Source of the DNA: an uncultured cyanobacterium
GTDB lineage: Bacteria > Cyanobacteriota > Cyanobacteriia > Phormidesmidales > Phormidesmidaceae
Direction of reading: 5' to 3'
Length of the DNA: 64,000 bases
Assembly (NCBI GenBank): GCA_963793265.1
Contig: CAWBZI010000001.1
Span: 1,184,001 to 1,248,000, forward strand
Part shown: piece by piece, positions 32,396-42,400 of the stretch
Layout of the letters: the number at the start of each line of letters is the position of its first letter
How positions within the stretch are numbered: the stretch's first letter is position 1
The notes under the pieces: generated by a model
Seen by the model: the letters and a program-made list of their open reading frames with translations, nothing else
Told to the model about the DNA's origin: nothing
Database searches by the model: none
Made by a program: the position numbers and the translations under genes

Positions 32396-32739
32396 AGCGT
32401 CTCCGAGTTCTAGATAAATATGCAGGCGTTAGAACGCAGACTAAATAGTGGCAGAAGAGAAATACACATCGGTGGCACTACTCACAAAGATTGATGTCTG
32501 TTAGCAAAAGTTTTTGAAGGGTTTGTAGGGGTTCATATTTAGGGGCGCTTGGTTGGCAGGTTGCGCGATCGCCTTCATGCAATTCAAAAACCGTCCACTT
32601 CCCTATATGACCGCTGTTCTCGCAGTGTTAGACGTAATATAAGAAAAGCGTCGCATTCCAAAGCTGCTGCGCTTAACTTCATGAAGTAACATCACATTCT
32701 GTTTAAAGCCACATTTTTTGTTTGAGGAGTCGTAGCGAA

Positions 32740-33336
32740 ATGTCTGCAAAGCGTTCTAGTCTATTTTCAATTTCAGGGCGTTTACTATCAGGTCTATTCC
32801 TGTCAGGCGCGGCGATCGCCACCACTATCGCCGTTGTGCCCACCGCCCCCGGCATCGCTCAAACCAACCAGGGCATCACCCTCTTCGGCGGCGTCGATTC
32901 CGAATATCGCCTGCCCTACACCCTGCGCAACAACCGCCCGCGTAGCACCAACGCGCTCTACTACCTGCGCGTCCCTGGCACCCGCATGGATCGCGCTGCC
33001 TCTAAGCTTCGCATCACCTACCCCGAAGCCTTCACCAACCGCCGAGGCTCTTTTGACACCGACAGCATCGAAGTTCGCCGGGGCCGAGGCACGGGCGGCA
33101 GCGAAATCGCTGTAGAAGAAGTCACCTGGGATGCAGACTCTAGCCAAATCGAAATCTTCCTAGCCGAAGATATCCCCGCTGACACCAGCTTTGTCGTCTA
33201 CATGAGCAACATCCGCAACCCCAACCGCTTTGGGATGCACCGCTTTAACCTCCAGGCCGAAGCACGCGGCGACGTACTGCCTCGCTACCTGGGCACTTGG
33301 GAACTGCTAGTTGCAGAAGACAGGGGTAACCGCTAA
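32740..33336 (+). CDS. DUF2808 family secreted protein
   Basis: Signal peptide, G.TLFGG, NIRNP..G...F and YLGTW; typical position upstream of rpmH in cyanobacteria. Confidence 0.8.
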   Translation: MSAKRSSLFSISGRLLSGLFLSGAAIATTIAVVPTAPGIAQTNQGITLFGGVDSEYRLPYTLRNNRPRSTNALYYLRVPGTRMDRAASKLRITYPEAFTNRRGSFDTDSIEVRRGRGTGGSEIAVEEVTWDADSSQIEIFLAEDIPADTSFVVYMSNIRNPNRFGMHRFNLQAEARGDVLPRYLGTWELLVAEDRGNR

Positions 33337-33386
33337 TATAATAGACCCAACAAAGCCAGCAGACCGCAGCCAGGAGACATTAAGTC

Positions 33387-33530
33387 ATGACGAAGCGTAC
33401 CTTAGGCGGAACTTCCCGCAAGCGCAAAAGAGTATCTGGATTCCGTGCCAGAATGCGTACTAAAAATGGCCGTAACGTCATTAAGGCGCGTCGTAGCAAA
33501 GGTCGCGCTCGTCTTTCAGTCAGTGGCTAA
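33387..33530 (+). CDS. rpmH: 50S ribosomal protein L34 (not in ORF track)
   Basis: [54 protein letters not shown] upstream. Confidence 0.97.
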   Translation: MTKRTLGGTSRKRKRVSGFRARMRTKNGRNVIKARRSKGRARLSVSG

Positions 33531-33532
33531 CG

Positions 33533-33991
33533 GTGGCCCTTGCTAAGCAGAACCGGCTGGGGTCATCTCGTGATTTTGGCAAGGTTCATCGCAAAGGCGC
33601 TAGAGCTGCAACCGAACATCTGGCAGTCAGAGCGCTAGCTTTTAGACCGACAGTCAGAGTAGAAGATCATAAAAAACGCCTGAGCGCAGAGGGAAAACCG
33701 TCTGCGCTTTCGTGTGATTCAGCGCGTGATTCTAACGAGGATTCGGCACCCCAAGCCAAACCCGCCACTAAATTTGGCATTTCTATCAGCCGAAAAGTTA
33801 GCAAAAAAGCGGTCGTTCGCAATCGCATCAAACGGCAGATAAAAGCCATTATTCGGCAGATGCTGCCCGATGTTCAGCCCGGTTGGCAGGTCGTTATTGT
33901 CGTCCGTACCTGCGCGGTAGAGTGCGAATTTGACGACTTTTTGCGAGAATTAGAATACCTGTTAAAAAAACTAAAGATCGTATCGAGGTAA
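33533..33991 (+). CDS. rnpA: Ribonuclease P protein component
   Basis: FGISISRKVSKKAVVRNRIKR (RNR motif); follows rpmH. Confidence 0.95.
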   Translation: MALAKQNRLGSSRDFGKVHRKGARAATEHLAVRALAFRPTVRVEDHKKRLSAEGKPSALSCDSARDSNEDSAPQAKPATKFGISISRKVSKKAVVRNRIKRQIKAIIRQMLPDVQPGWQVVIVVRTCAVECEFDDFLRELEYLLKKLKIVSR

Positions 33992-33994
33992 TCC

Positions 33995-34390
33995 ATGGCT
34001 ATTAAAGAAGACGTTTACTACGAGGGTGGCCCCCACATTGGCGAGCTAATCTTCAACATAGCGCTGGCTTTTACCATCATTTGCATTCCGCTCACCGTCG
34101 GCGCAATCGTGCGGGCGCTGTGGCTACGCTACCGAATTACGAGCCGCCGCATTTCGATTACGGGGGGCTGGATGGGACGCGATCGCACAGACATCATCTA
34201 CTCAGAAATCGCTAAAATTGTCACAGTGCCTAGAGGCTTAGGCGCATGGGGCGATATGGTCGTCACCCTCAAAGACGGTAGCCGCATCGAAATGCGCGCC
34301 GTGCCTAACTTTAGAGACGTATTCGACTATGTAACCGACAAGATTTCGCCTCAGGCCAAAGTCGCGAGCGGCGCAGTCGGCGTTTCGTAA
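33995..34390 (+). CDS. Bacterial PH domain membrane protein
   Basis: E.VYYEGGPH, RYRITSRRI and WGDMV; conserved position between rnpA and yidC in cyanobacteria. Confidence 0.85.
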   Translation: MAIKEDVYYEGGPHIGELIFNIALAFTIICIPLTVGAIVRALWLRYRITSRRISITGGWMGRDRTDIIYSEIAKIVTVPRGLGAWGDMVVTLKDGSRIEMRAVPNFRDVFDYVTDKISPQAKVASGAVGVS

Positions 34391-34553
34391 GCGAAATCTA
34401 CCTCTCAAAACGACACCTCGAATAGGAGCCGCAATCATTGAAGTTCGGTTAACCCATCTTCAACGCGGCTCCCATTCAGATAAATTAAAGTCAGCAGCTT
34501 TTAATAGCCTTCAATCACCACCCCCTACAGCCTTCAACTAACAGAGCGCCAGC

Positions 34554-35789
34554 ATGGACTTCGGAATCGGCTTCCTTTCAAACAACGTAATGCTGCCAAT
34601 CCTAGATTTTTTCTATGGGATTGTGCCCAGCTATGGGCTAGCAATTATCGCCCTCACCCTAGTAATTCGCTTTGCGCTCTATCCGCTCAACGCGGGTTCT
34701 ATTCGCAACATGCGAAAAATGAAAGTCGCAAACCCCCTCATGCAAAAACGCATGGCAGAGGTTAAAGAGCGCTACAAAGACGATCCGGTTAAGCAGCAAG
34801 AAGAAATCAAGGGCATTTACTCAGAGTTTGGCAACCCCTTAGCAGGCTGCTTTCCAGTCGTGCTACAAATGCCCATTCTGTTCGCCCTATTTGCAACCCT
34901 AAGAGGATCGCCGTTTGCAGACACCAGCCTGCCTGTAAACCTCAAGATCGTTCTACCCGAAACCATAGAGCAGGTCGAGCAAGCGCCGCTAATCACCAAG
35001 CCCAGCAACATCTTTGTGGCCGATGGCGAACACTTCAGAGTCAGCGCTGTAGTGCCCGCAGGTGAGAAAATAGCCATTGGCGACACTGCCAAAATTCAGC
35101 TCCGCTCCACCGACGATAAGTCTCTAGACGAGCTGCGAACTGAGTATGCCGAAGAAGGTGTAGACATTACGCCTGAGTGGGAGATTACTAAAGGCGACGA
35201 CATCGCCACCATTGAGGCCGATGGCACCATTAAGGCGCTAGCTCCAGGCGATGTGACTATTCAAGCTAAAATCCCCGGTCTAGCGGCTGACAAAGGCTTT
35301 TTATTCATTGAAAAGCTCGGTCAAATCGGCGTGACTGGCGAAAACGGAGAAATCCACTGGGATATTCTCGGCATGATTATCTTCTTTGGTATCAGCCTTT
35401 ACGTGAGTCAGCAGATTACCCAGGGTGGCCCCAGCGCAGGCGACCAAAACGATCAGCAGCAGGCCATTCAAAAGTTCACGCCCGTGATTTTCTCTGGCAT
35501 GTTCCTATTCTTCCCGCTCCCTGCTGGCGTACTGATGTACATGGTGGTTGCCAACATCTTCCAAACCGCACAGTCTTTCATCCTCTCGAAAGAGCCTTTG
35601 CCTGAGAACATTCAGAAGCTTCTGGATGCCCAAGAAAAGAGCCAGGGTAAGACGATTGATGTAGAAGCGCGCAGCGAGAAGCTAGCGTTTGAGCCAGGTG
35701 CAGCTAAGCGCGCAGCCAAAGAAGCGGCGGCTCCTAAAAATAAGAAAAAAGCCGGTGCTAAAAAGAACACAGCTAAGAAGAAGTCTTAG
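34554..35789 (+). CDS. yidC: Membrane protein insertase YidC
   Basis: [21 protein letters not shown]...QMPI and PAGVLMY. Confidence 0.96.
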   Translation: MDFGIGFLSNNVMLPILDFFYGIVPSYGLAIIALTLVIRFALYPLNAGSIRNMRKMKVANPLMQKRMAEVKERYKDDPVKQQEEIKGIYSEFGNPLAGCFPVVLQMPILFALFATLRGSPFADTSLPVNLKIVLPETIEQVEQAPLITKPSNIFVADGEHFRVSAVVPAGEKIAIGDTAKIQLRSTDDKSLDELRTEYAEEGVDITPEWEITKGDDIATIEADGTIKALAPGDVTIQAKIPGLAADKGFLFIEKLGQIGVTGENGEIHWDILGMIIFFGISLYVSQQITQGGPSAGDQNDQQQAIQKFTPVIFSGMFLFFPLPAGVLMYMVVANIFQTAQSFILSKEPLPENIQKLLDAQEKSQGKTIDVEARSEKLAFEPGAAKRAAKEAAAPKNKKKAGAKKNTAKKKS

Positions 35790-35832
35790 CTGGGCGATCG
35801 CCTACCGATCCCGACCACAGCTTGCTTTTACA

Positions 35833-35869
35833 GATGGCTCACCTGCGCTGACATGACGGGTGGGCCATC
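35833..35869 (+). other. Stem-loop between yidC and jag
   Basis: GATGGCTCACCTG / CGGGTGGGCCATC with G-U pairs; no U-tract. Confidence 0.5.
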
Positions 35870-35944
35870 AACGTTATAGAATCGGCTACTAAGGTCTAAA
35901 TTCAGACATCTGTAGGCGCATAAAAGAGGCGCATAAAGAAATCC

Positions 35945-36448
35945 ATGGAAAAGAGCATTAGCTGGTTAGAGGAACTATTGACGCTTCAAGGGCTCAAAGC
36001 CAGCGTAAGTGGGAATCAGAAAACTGAAGCCGAAGGCGACGATAGCTACTGGCTCACTATCGATACCGCCAATTTATCTGAGGCTGAAGTAGAAGGGCTG
36101 ATTGGCGATCGCGGCACTGTCTTAGACTCCATTCAATACCTCGCCAACATCACCCTCAACATGGGCAAAGGCGAAGACGAACAGCAAGCCTACACCATCG
36201 AAATCAACGGCTACCGCGAAAAGCGTCAGGCCGAACTCAAAGAAATCGCTCAAAACGCCGCTGATCAGGTGATTGAAAGCGGTAAAGAATACGAAATCAA
36301 GGGCCTCTCTGCCGCCGAGCGTCGCCATCTACACGGCATACTAGGCGAAAATGAAGCGCTAGAAACCTTTAGCAGAGGCCGTGAGCCTGAGCGTCATTTA
36401 GTCGTTAAGAAGGCAGGCGCAACCGAAGAAACCGACGCTGAAGAATAG
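35945..36448 (+). CDS. jag: Jag/KhpB-like KH-R3H RNA-binding protein
   Basis: LIG.RG..LDSIQYL and ERRHLH (R3H); follows yidC. Confidence 0.88.
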   Translation: MEKSISWLEELLTLQGLKASVSGNQKTEAEGDDSYWLTIDTANLSEAEVEGLIGDRGTVLDSIQYLANITLNMGKGEDEQQAYTIEINGYREKRQAELKEIAQNAADQVIESGKEYEIKGLSAAERRHLHGILGENEALETFSRGREPERHLVVKKAGATEETDAEE

Positions 36449-36513
36449 CGCCGCCCCAGAATTGAAGAGACCTGAAGCCCCTTTATCCTCACCAAACTTA
36501 CTGTCATCTGGCA

Positions 36514-37017
36514 ATGAGATCTATTCATATTCCGCAGATATTAAACGCTCCCAACAAGACCCTTTCTATAGACGTTGCCGAACATTTGCCGGGGTTAGAG
36601 ACGCTGACGCCTGTTAAAGGTGAAATGAGCGTTACCCATCAGGGCACCTATTTGGACGTGAGAGGCAAAGCAGAAACCATTGTGACTTTGGAGTGTGATC
36701 GCTGCCTCCAAAGCTACAACACCCGTATCCAGCTAGACACTTCAGAAGTCGTTTGGCTAGAAGAACCCGCCCCGGTAGAGCTTGTCGAAAAAGAAGTTGA
36801 CCTCGAAGACCTGATCGAATCTGTCTCGCCTCACGGCAACTTCGATCCGGGCGAATGGCTCTATCAGCAAATGTGCCTGGCTATTCCCCAAAAGCAAATC
36901 TGCCGCCCTGACTGCGAAGGCATCGCCTTCAACAATCCCAAGAGCACAGAACCCGAAATCGACCACCGCTGGGCCGCGCTTTCGTCTTTAAAGCAGCAGC
37001 TATCGGAGCAAAACTAA
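36514..37017 (+). CDS. YceD/DUF177 family protein
   Basis: CDRCL...C.PDC.G and D.RWAAL motifs. Confidence 0.9.
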   Translation: MRSIHIPQILNAPNKTLSIDVAEHLPGLETLTPVKGEMSVTHQGTYLDVRGKAETIVTLECDRCLQSYNTRIQLDTSEVVWLEEPAPVELVEKEVDLEDLIESVSPHGNFDPGEWLYQQMCLAIPQKQICRPDCEGIAFNNPKSTEPEIDHRWAALSSLKQQLSEQN

Positions 37018-37025
37018 GCCGGGCA

Positions 37026-37631
37026 TCAAACAGGCTTTTCTTTTTCTAGCTCTGCAATCCTCGCTCGCAACGGCTCTACCGCAGCCCTAACTATCGCCGC
37101 CACCTCATCCGCCGAATAGCGGACAGGAATATGCTGCGAGCAATTTTCACTAAACGCCTCTACCCGAAACAAAATTGCTCGCTCAACTTTCGCTGCATAC
37201 CCCGGCATTCTCAGCCGCTCAATCAGCTCTTCATCGCCCTCTACATACTCAGCGCGGCCCCAGAGCTTAACCCGGCGACGATGGCGGTAGTCCATCAGAA
37301 ACAAAAACGCCCGGTCGTTAGCCGCCAAATTTCCCACCGTCACATACTGCACGTTCCCCGAGAAATCAGCAAAGCCCAAAGTCTTCTCATCTAGCACCTT
37401 CAAAAATCCCGGTGGCCCACCGCGAAACTGAATGTACGGATAGCCATTAGAGCCCACCGTCCCGAAATAGCAGCCGTCTAGCTGAGATAAGAACTCAGCT
37501 AAGTTTGGCGTAATTGAATCGTTCGCAGGCCCTTTGGCAACGTATCGCTCATAAGTCTCCCGAGAGCCTCGCTCGGCCTGCGCTGCCTTTACCTCAGGCG
37601 TAAAGGCAATCTCACCAAACTTACTCGCCAT
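37026..37631 (-). CDS. Pyridoxamine 5'-phosphate oxidase-like FMN-binding protein
   Basis: PYIQFRGGPPGFLKVLD, FADFSGN.QY...GNL and NC.QHI. Confidence 0.88.
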   Translation of the reverse strand: MASKFGEIAFTPEVKAAQAERGSRETYERYVAKGPANDSITPNLAEFLSQLDGCYFGTVGSNGYPYIQFRGGPPGFLKVLDEKTLGFADFSGNVQYVTVGNLAANDRAFLFLMDYRHRRRVKLWGRAEYVEGDEELIERLRMPGYAAKVERAILFRVEAFSENCSQHIPVRYSADEVAAIVRAAVEPLRARIAELEKEKPV

Positions 37632-37633
37632 AG

Positions 37634-38257
37634 TTAAATCCCCGCCATTGAAACAAAATGCGGTAGCTGCTTAACCCGCTCAATCCACGCAAGCACCTGC
37701 GGGTAAGGCGCTAGCGAAATTTTGCCATCGCCTGCCAGGGCCACATAAGGAAAAATGGCAATATCGGCAATGGTCGGTCGATTCACCTTCGCCGAGCCTT
37801 CGCCAGTACCCGCTAGCCATTCGTGATCGCTCAAGTGCCGATCCAACTGCTCCAAAATAAACGCAGCTCTCGTATTCGCCCGCTCAATATTAATCGTCGA
37901 AACGCCAAACAGATAGTAAAGCCGCGCAAACTCCGGCCCCTGCCTCACCTCCCCAGCCGCCGTAGACAGCCAGCGCGTCACCTCAGCCATCGGCAGCGGC
38001 TCCAAAGGCAACCAGTCATCGCCGCCATACTTCCGTGCCAAATAAACCAAAATCGCCTGCGCGTCCGGCACCACCACATCGCCATCCGTCAAAACCGGAA
38101 TCTGACCAAACGGATTGAGTGCCAAAAATGGCGGCTGCAAATGCTCACCTTTCAACACGTTCACATTAATTTCTTCGTATTCCAGCTCCAAAAAAGAGAG
38201 CAGCATTCTGACCTTGTGCACGTTTCCTGAGATTGCATGGCCGTAGAGCTTTAACAT
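37634..38257 (-). CDS. Glutathione S-transferase
   Basis: SGNVHKVR, LNPFGQIPVL, DAQAILVYLA and PTIADI; ATG at 38257. Confidence 0.92.
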   Translation of the reverse strand: MLKLYGHAISGNVHKVRMLLSFLELEYEEINVNVLKGEHLQPPFLALNPFGQIPVLTDGDVVVPDAQAILVYLARKYGGDDWLPLEPLPMAEVTRWLSTAAGEVRQGPEFARLYYLFGVSTINIERANTRAAFILEQLDRHLSDHEWLAGTGEGSAKVNRPTIADIAIFPYVALAGDGKISLAPYPQVLAWIERVKQLPHFVSMAGI

Positions 38258-38276
38258 AGGAAAATTCTCAAGCAGC

Positions 38277-38323
38277 AAACCGAACGAACGGTACAGACAC
38301 AATTAAACCGATCGTTCGGTACA
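38277..38323. promoter_or_regulatory. Tandem TetR-type operator sites
   Basis: AAACCGAACGAACGGTACA (38277-38295) and AAACCGATCGTTCGGTACA (38305-38323), each an imperfect ACCG-N6-CGGT palindrome, between divergent gst and tetR. Confidence 0.75.
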
Positions 38324-38376
38324 ATGTCAATAGTCTCTGCCGATAGTTCCTAAGCACGCCTCGCTGCCAAACACTC

Positions 38377-38943
38377 ATGTCCCGCGAAACCCACCTGCCC
38401 GTTTTATTTGAACTCTTCCGCCAGCACGGGTACGACGGTGTGAGCCTTTCTAAGATTGCAGAGGCGACAGAACTGGGTAAAGCCAGCCTTTATCACCACT
38501 TTCCAGGCGGCAAGGCAGAGATGGTGCGGGCCACACTCGACTATAGCCAGCGGTGGTTTGTCGAAAACATTATTGATGTATTAGAAGCAGAAGGCACCGC
38601 CGTTGAAAAGCTTGAGCATATGTGCGATCGCCTCAACACCCTCTACGACGCTGGCCAGCAGCCCTGCCTGCTCGCAACCCTGGTGACTGGCGCGCCGCGA
38701 GATGCTTTTCACGAGCAGGTCAAGGCCAGATTGAAAATGATTGTAGAGGCGATCGCTGATTTACTCACAGCGTCGGGACTAGACCCAGACCTCGCCTACC
38801 AGCGCGGCGAAGACGCTGTTATCACTATTCAAGGCGCACTTATTTTGTCTAGAGGCACCGACAATCCAAAGCCGTTTCAGCGCGCGATCACTCATCTCCC
38901 TCAAAGGCTATGTGAAGGTCTGCGCCCAACTGTAAGAGAATAG
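38377..38943 (+). CDS. TetR/AcrR family transcriptional regulator
   Basis: LFRQHGYDGVSLSKIA...GKASLYHHFPGGK helix-turn-helix. Confidence 0.93.
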   Translation: MSRETHLPVLFELFRQHGYDGVSLSKIAEATELGKASLYHHFPGGKAEMVRATLDYSQRWFVENIIDVLEAEGTAVEKLEHMCDRLNTLYDAGQQPCLLATLVTGAPRDAFHEQVKARLKMIVEAIADLLTASGLDPDLAYQRGEDAVITIQGALILSRGTDNPKPFQRAITHLPQRLCEGLRPTVRE

Positions 38944-39466
38944 TTTGCATATTTTTCCTGAATTTTATATTTTTCCTGAAATCTAGATCCGGATAAATAA
39001 GTGCGAAATCATATCAAGAAAACTTGATACAACGCTGATAGCCAATCGGTATCATTGATAGCCAGGCCGTATCTCTGGCTTTGACGTTGACAGCCGGGAA
39101 GTTGTCCGTTTGAATAAGGTCAGTTCGTCAAAGGTCATTCAAAGGGCCGCCTCGATCATCGTCACTGATTGGGACATTTACTAAGAGAGTTTCTTAAAAT
39201 CCAAAGAACAATGACTGTTGCTTTGATGAAAATATAGGTCTAAGATACAACCTCAAAAATTCACAAGGAAAGCAACCCAGCCTCTACGGCAACCCGTAGG
39301 GTAAGCGTTTGTGTGTCTTTTTGACAATAATGCAGCTTACATACGCTCAAAACAGCAACACAGTTCAATCCATATGTTGTTCGTCTAGCATCTCTTGTTA
39401 GGCTCACTTTTGAACAACCCCTAAAGGTGCGTTTACCAGCACATTACCTTCAGGGATCAAACATTC

Positions 39467-42400
39467 ATGGCTACAACATCCGATACTTTTGTCAGTGAAG
39501 TTCTTCAGCTCACTAACCAGTTTCGTGCAGAAAATGGCCTAGCGCCCCTAACCGCCAACTCAGAACTTGACCAAACAGCTCAAAGCTATTCTGAGACGAT
39601 GGCCAAAGGAGACTTTTTTGACCATACCGGCAAGGATGGATCAAAGCCCTGGGATAGAGCCGAAAAGGAAGGCTATACTGCCCGCGCGATGGGAGAGAAT
39701 ATTGCGGCGGGTCAGCGATCGCCTCAATCTGTCGTCGATGGCTGGATCAACAGCCCAGGGCACCGCGCCAACCTGCTCAACCCCAGCTACACAGAGCTAG
39801 GCGTTGGCTACTTCAACCTAGAAAACGACACCGGCAGCGTCAACTACAACACATACTGGACACAGCTATTCGGCAGCGGTGACCTCACGCCCAGCGCCAC
39901 CAATCCACCAAACTCTCCTGAGGTGCTCACCCCTACAGCCGAACCAGCACCCGTTGCAGCCGAACTGCCAACTGAAAAGGAAGATCCGGTTAAGACTTCA
40001 CCTGAAGAAGTTCCAGAGACACCCGAAGAACCAGCACCCCTTCCTGAACCTGCCGCGGAAGCACCTGCTGAGCCAATGGCTGAAGCGCCCGCTGAACCTG
40101 CTGCTGAACCAACGGTTGAAACACCTACTGAACCAGTAGCTGAAACGCCAGCAGCCGAACCTATGGCTGAAACACCCACTGAACCAGTAGCCGAGACACC
40201 AGCAGCCGAACCTGCTACAGATAACCCTATGGGTGAGAGCCCTATGGATGCAGGCAATATGGATGATATGGACATGGGCGAGATGCCTCACTCCAAAGAC
40301 CATATGGCGCTCGAAAATCTTATCGACACCTTAGCGCCCACCCATATCGCGGCCAAGAGCGGTGCGTGGTCTGATCCGACGACCTGGCAAAACGGCACGG
40401 TACCCGGCAACGGAGCCAAAGTGCTCATTTCAGAAGGGGCAACCGTCACCTACGATCAAATCAGCGACGATCGAATCAACACTATTGCGATCGAGGGAAA
40501 TCTTAGGTTCGCGGCGGGCAAAGACACCCAGCTCTACGTTGAAACGATTCTCAATGCTCCAGAAGGTAAGCTAGATATTGGTTCTGAAAGCCAGGCGATC
40601 GCAGCCGACAAGAACGCAAGGATTATCTTTACCAGCAACAACACTGTCAACACCCAATGGGATCCTACCCAGCTCAGCAAAGGGCTAGTCAGCCATGGTG
40701 AAGTCAATATCTACGGCGCAGACAAACTCGACAAAGCTGTCCTAGCTGGTGATGCCCAAGCTGGCAACAACGTTCTCACCTTTCAATCCGATCTCACAGG
40801 CTGGCAAGTCGGTGACCAAATCGTCTTAGCCGGTACCGACAACACCTGGAACGGTACCGATGCCGACAACTCCAGACTGCAAGACGAAGTACTTACTATT
40901 ACCGACATCAGCGGCAAAGAGATCCGTTTTGAGAACAAGGACATCACCGAAGGCGACAACACCGTTCTTAGGTTCGACCACACGACCAGCAATAGAGCCG
41001 ACCCAGGAGAGCTAAATCTCTATGCCGCAAACCTAACTCGCAACGTCAGTTTTGAAACCGAAAACGGCAAAGACGTGCCCATCAATCAGCGCGCCCACGT
41101 GATGCTGATGCACAATCCCAACGTAAATGTTCTCAATGCAGGTTTTTACGACTTAGGCCGCTCCGACAAGTCCAAGATTGTTGATGACATTGGTGAAAAC
41201 GTTGACGGGTCTAAGGGCAACGGCACCAACATTCGCGGTCGCTACTCTTTGCACCTCCACAAAACCGGCGTCGATGATGTCAATGGCGAAGCGTCTATCC
41301 TAAAAGGCAACGTGGTTTCGGGCTCGCCAGGGTGGGGGATTGTGCAGCACCAAAGCCATGCCGGACTCGAAGACAATACTGTTTTTGATACGGTCGGCGC
41401 AGGCATTGTGGCCGAATCAGGCAATGAAATCGGCTGGTGGACTGACAACTTTGTGGTAAAGACCACAGGTATGGGTTGGGAAAAGGCCCGAGATCAAAGA
41501 GATAATCGTGAGAACAAGTTCGACTTAGGCTTTGAGGGCGATGCCTACTGGGTTCAGGGCGCAGCTCAAGTCAAGAACAGAGACAACAAAGCGGCCAGCT
41601 CCAACCGGGCTGGTATGGTACTTTTTGGCAGCGCACTAGACACTAAAGACACCTTTAGAGAAGTCACCACCATTCCAGTTAAAAACCTGCCTAAAGAACT
41701 ACAGGGGCTCTGGACAGAAGAACAAACCGAGGCCGATATCCGCGATGTGCCCATGGCGACAGTAAGCGGCTTCGAGAGCTATAACGCTGACTTTGGTCTA
41801 AGAGTATGGGGCCATAACACCAACTTTGACGGCGAAGGCGCATTCAGTACGCCGACTAAAGAAGGCGAGCCTAAGGTTGCGCACACAGGGCGATCGCTCA
41901 TTGAAGACTTTAAGCTATGGGGCAATCGCTGGAGCGGAGCCCAGGTTTTCTATAGCAGCAACGTCGATCTTAAAGACGGGCTCGTACTCGGCAGAGAAAC
42001 CACGCCCTATATTGAAGGCGCTGGCGGACAGGGCTTGCTCAGCAACCATGCCACCTTCAATTCTACCTACGACAATCTCACCATCGCGGGCTACGAACAG
42101 GGCGCTCAAATCGAGTACCCTAACACCGATAAAGACTTTATCGGCGTCACCCTCAAAAACAGCACCTTTAATGACAATGTTTATGCCTTAGGAAAAGTTG
42201 GCGACGACGGTATCAAAGAAGGCAGGCCAGATGACTTTGGTAGCTTTATCAAGCTGCAAAACAACACGTTTGAATCCTCAGATGAAACCACAGCAAACAA
42301 CCGTGCACCAGTTGCAAGGTTTCGGAGCAAAGCCGCTGGCGGACTCGCCATTGAATTAGACGCCAGCGCTTCTTCAGATCCCGATCCGCTGCAAGCTGAA

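Noticed and set aside
40040..40215. Periodic repeats that could be mistaken for a CRISPR array (also 7827-7930)
   Set aside because: In-frame coding repeats of Pro/Glu linkers, with no unique spacers and no cas genes
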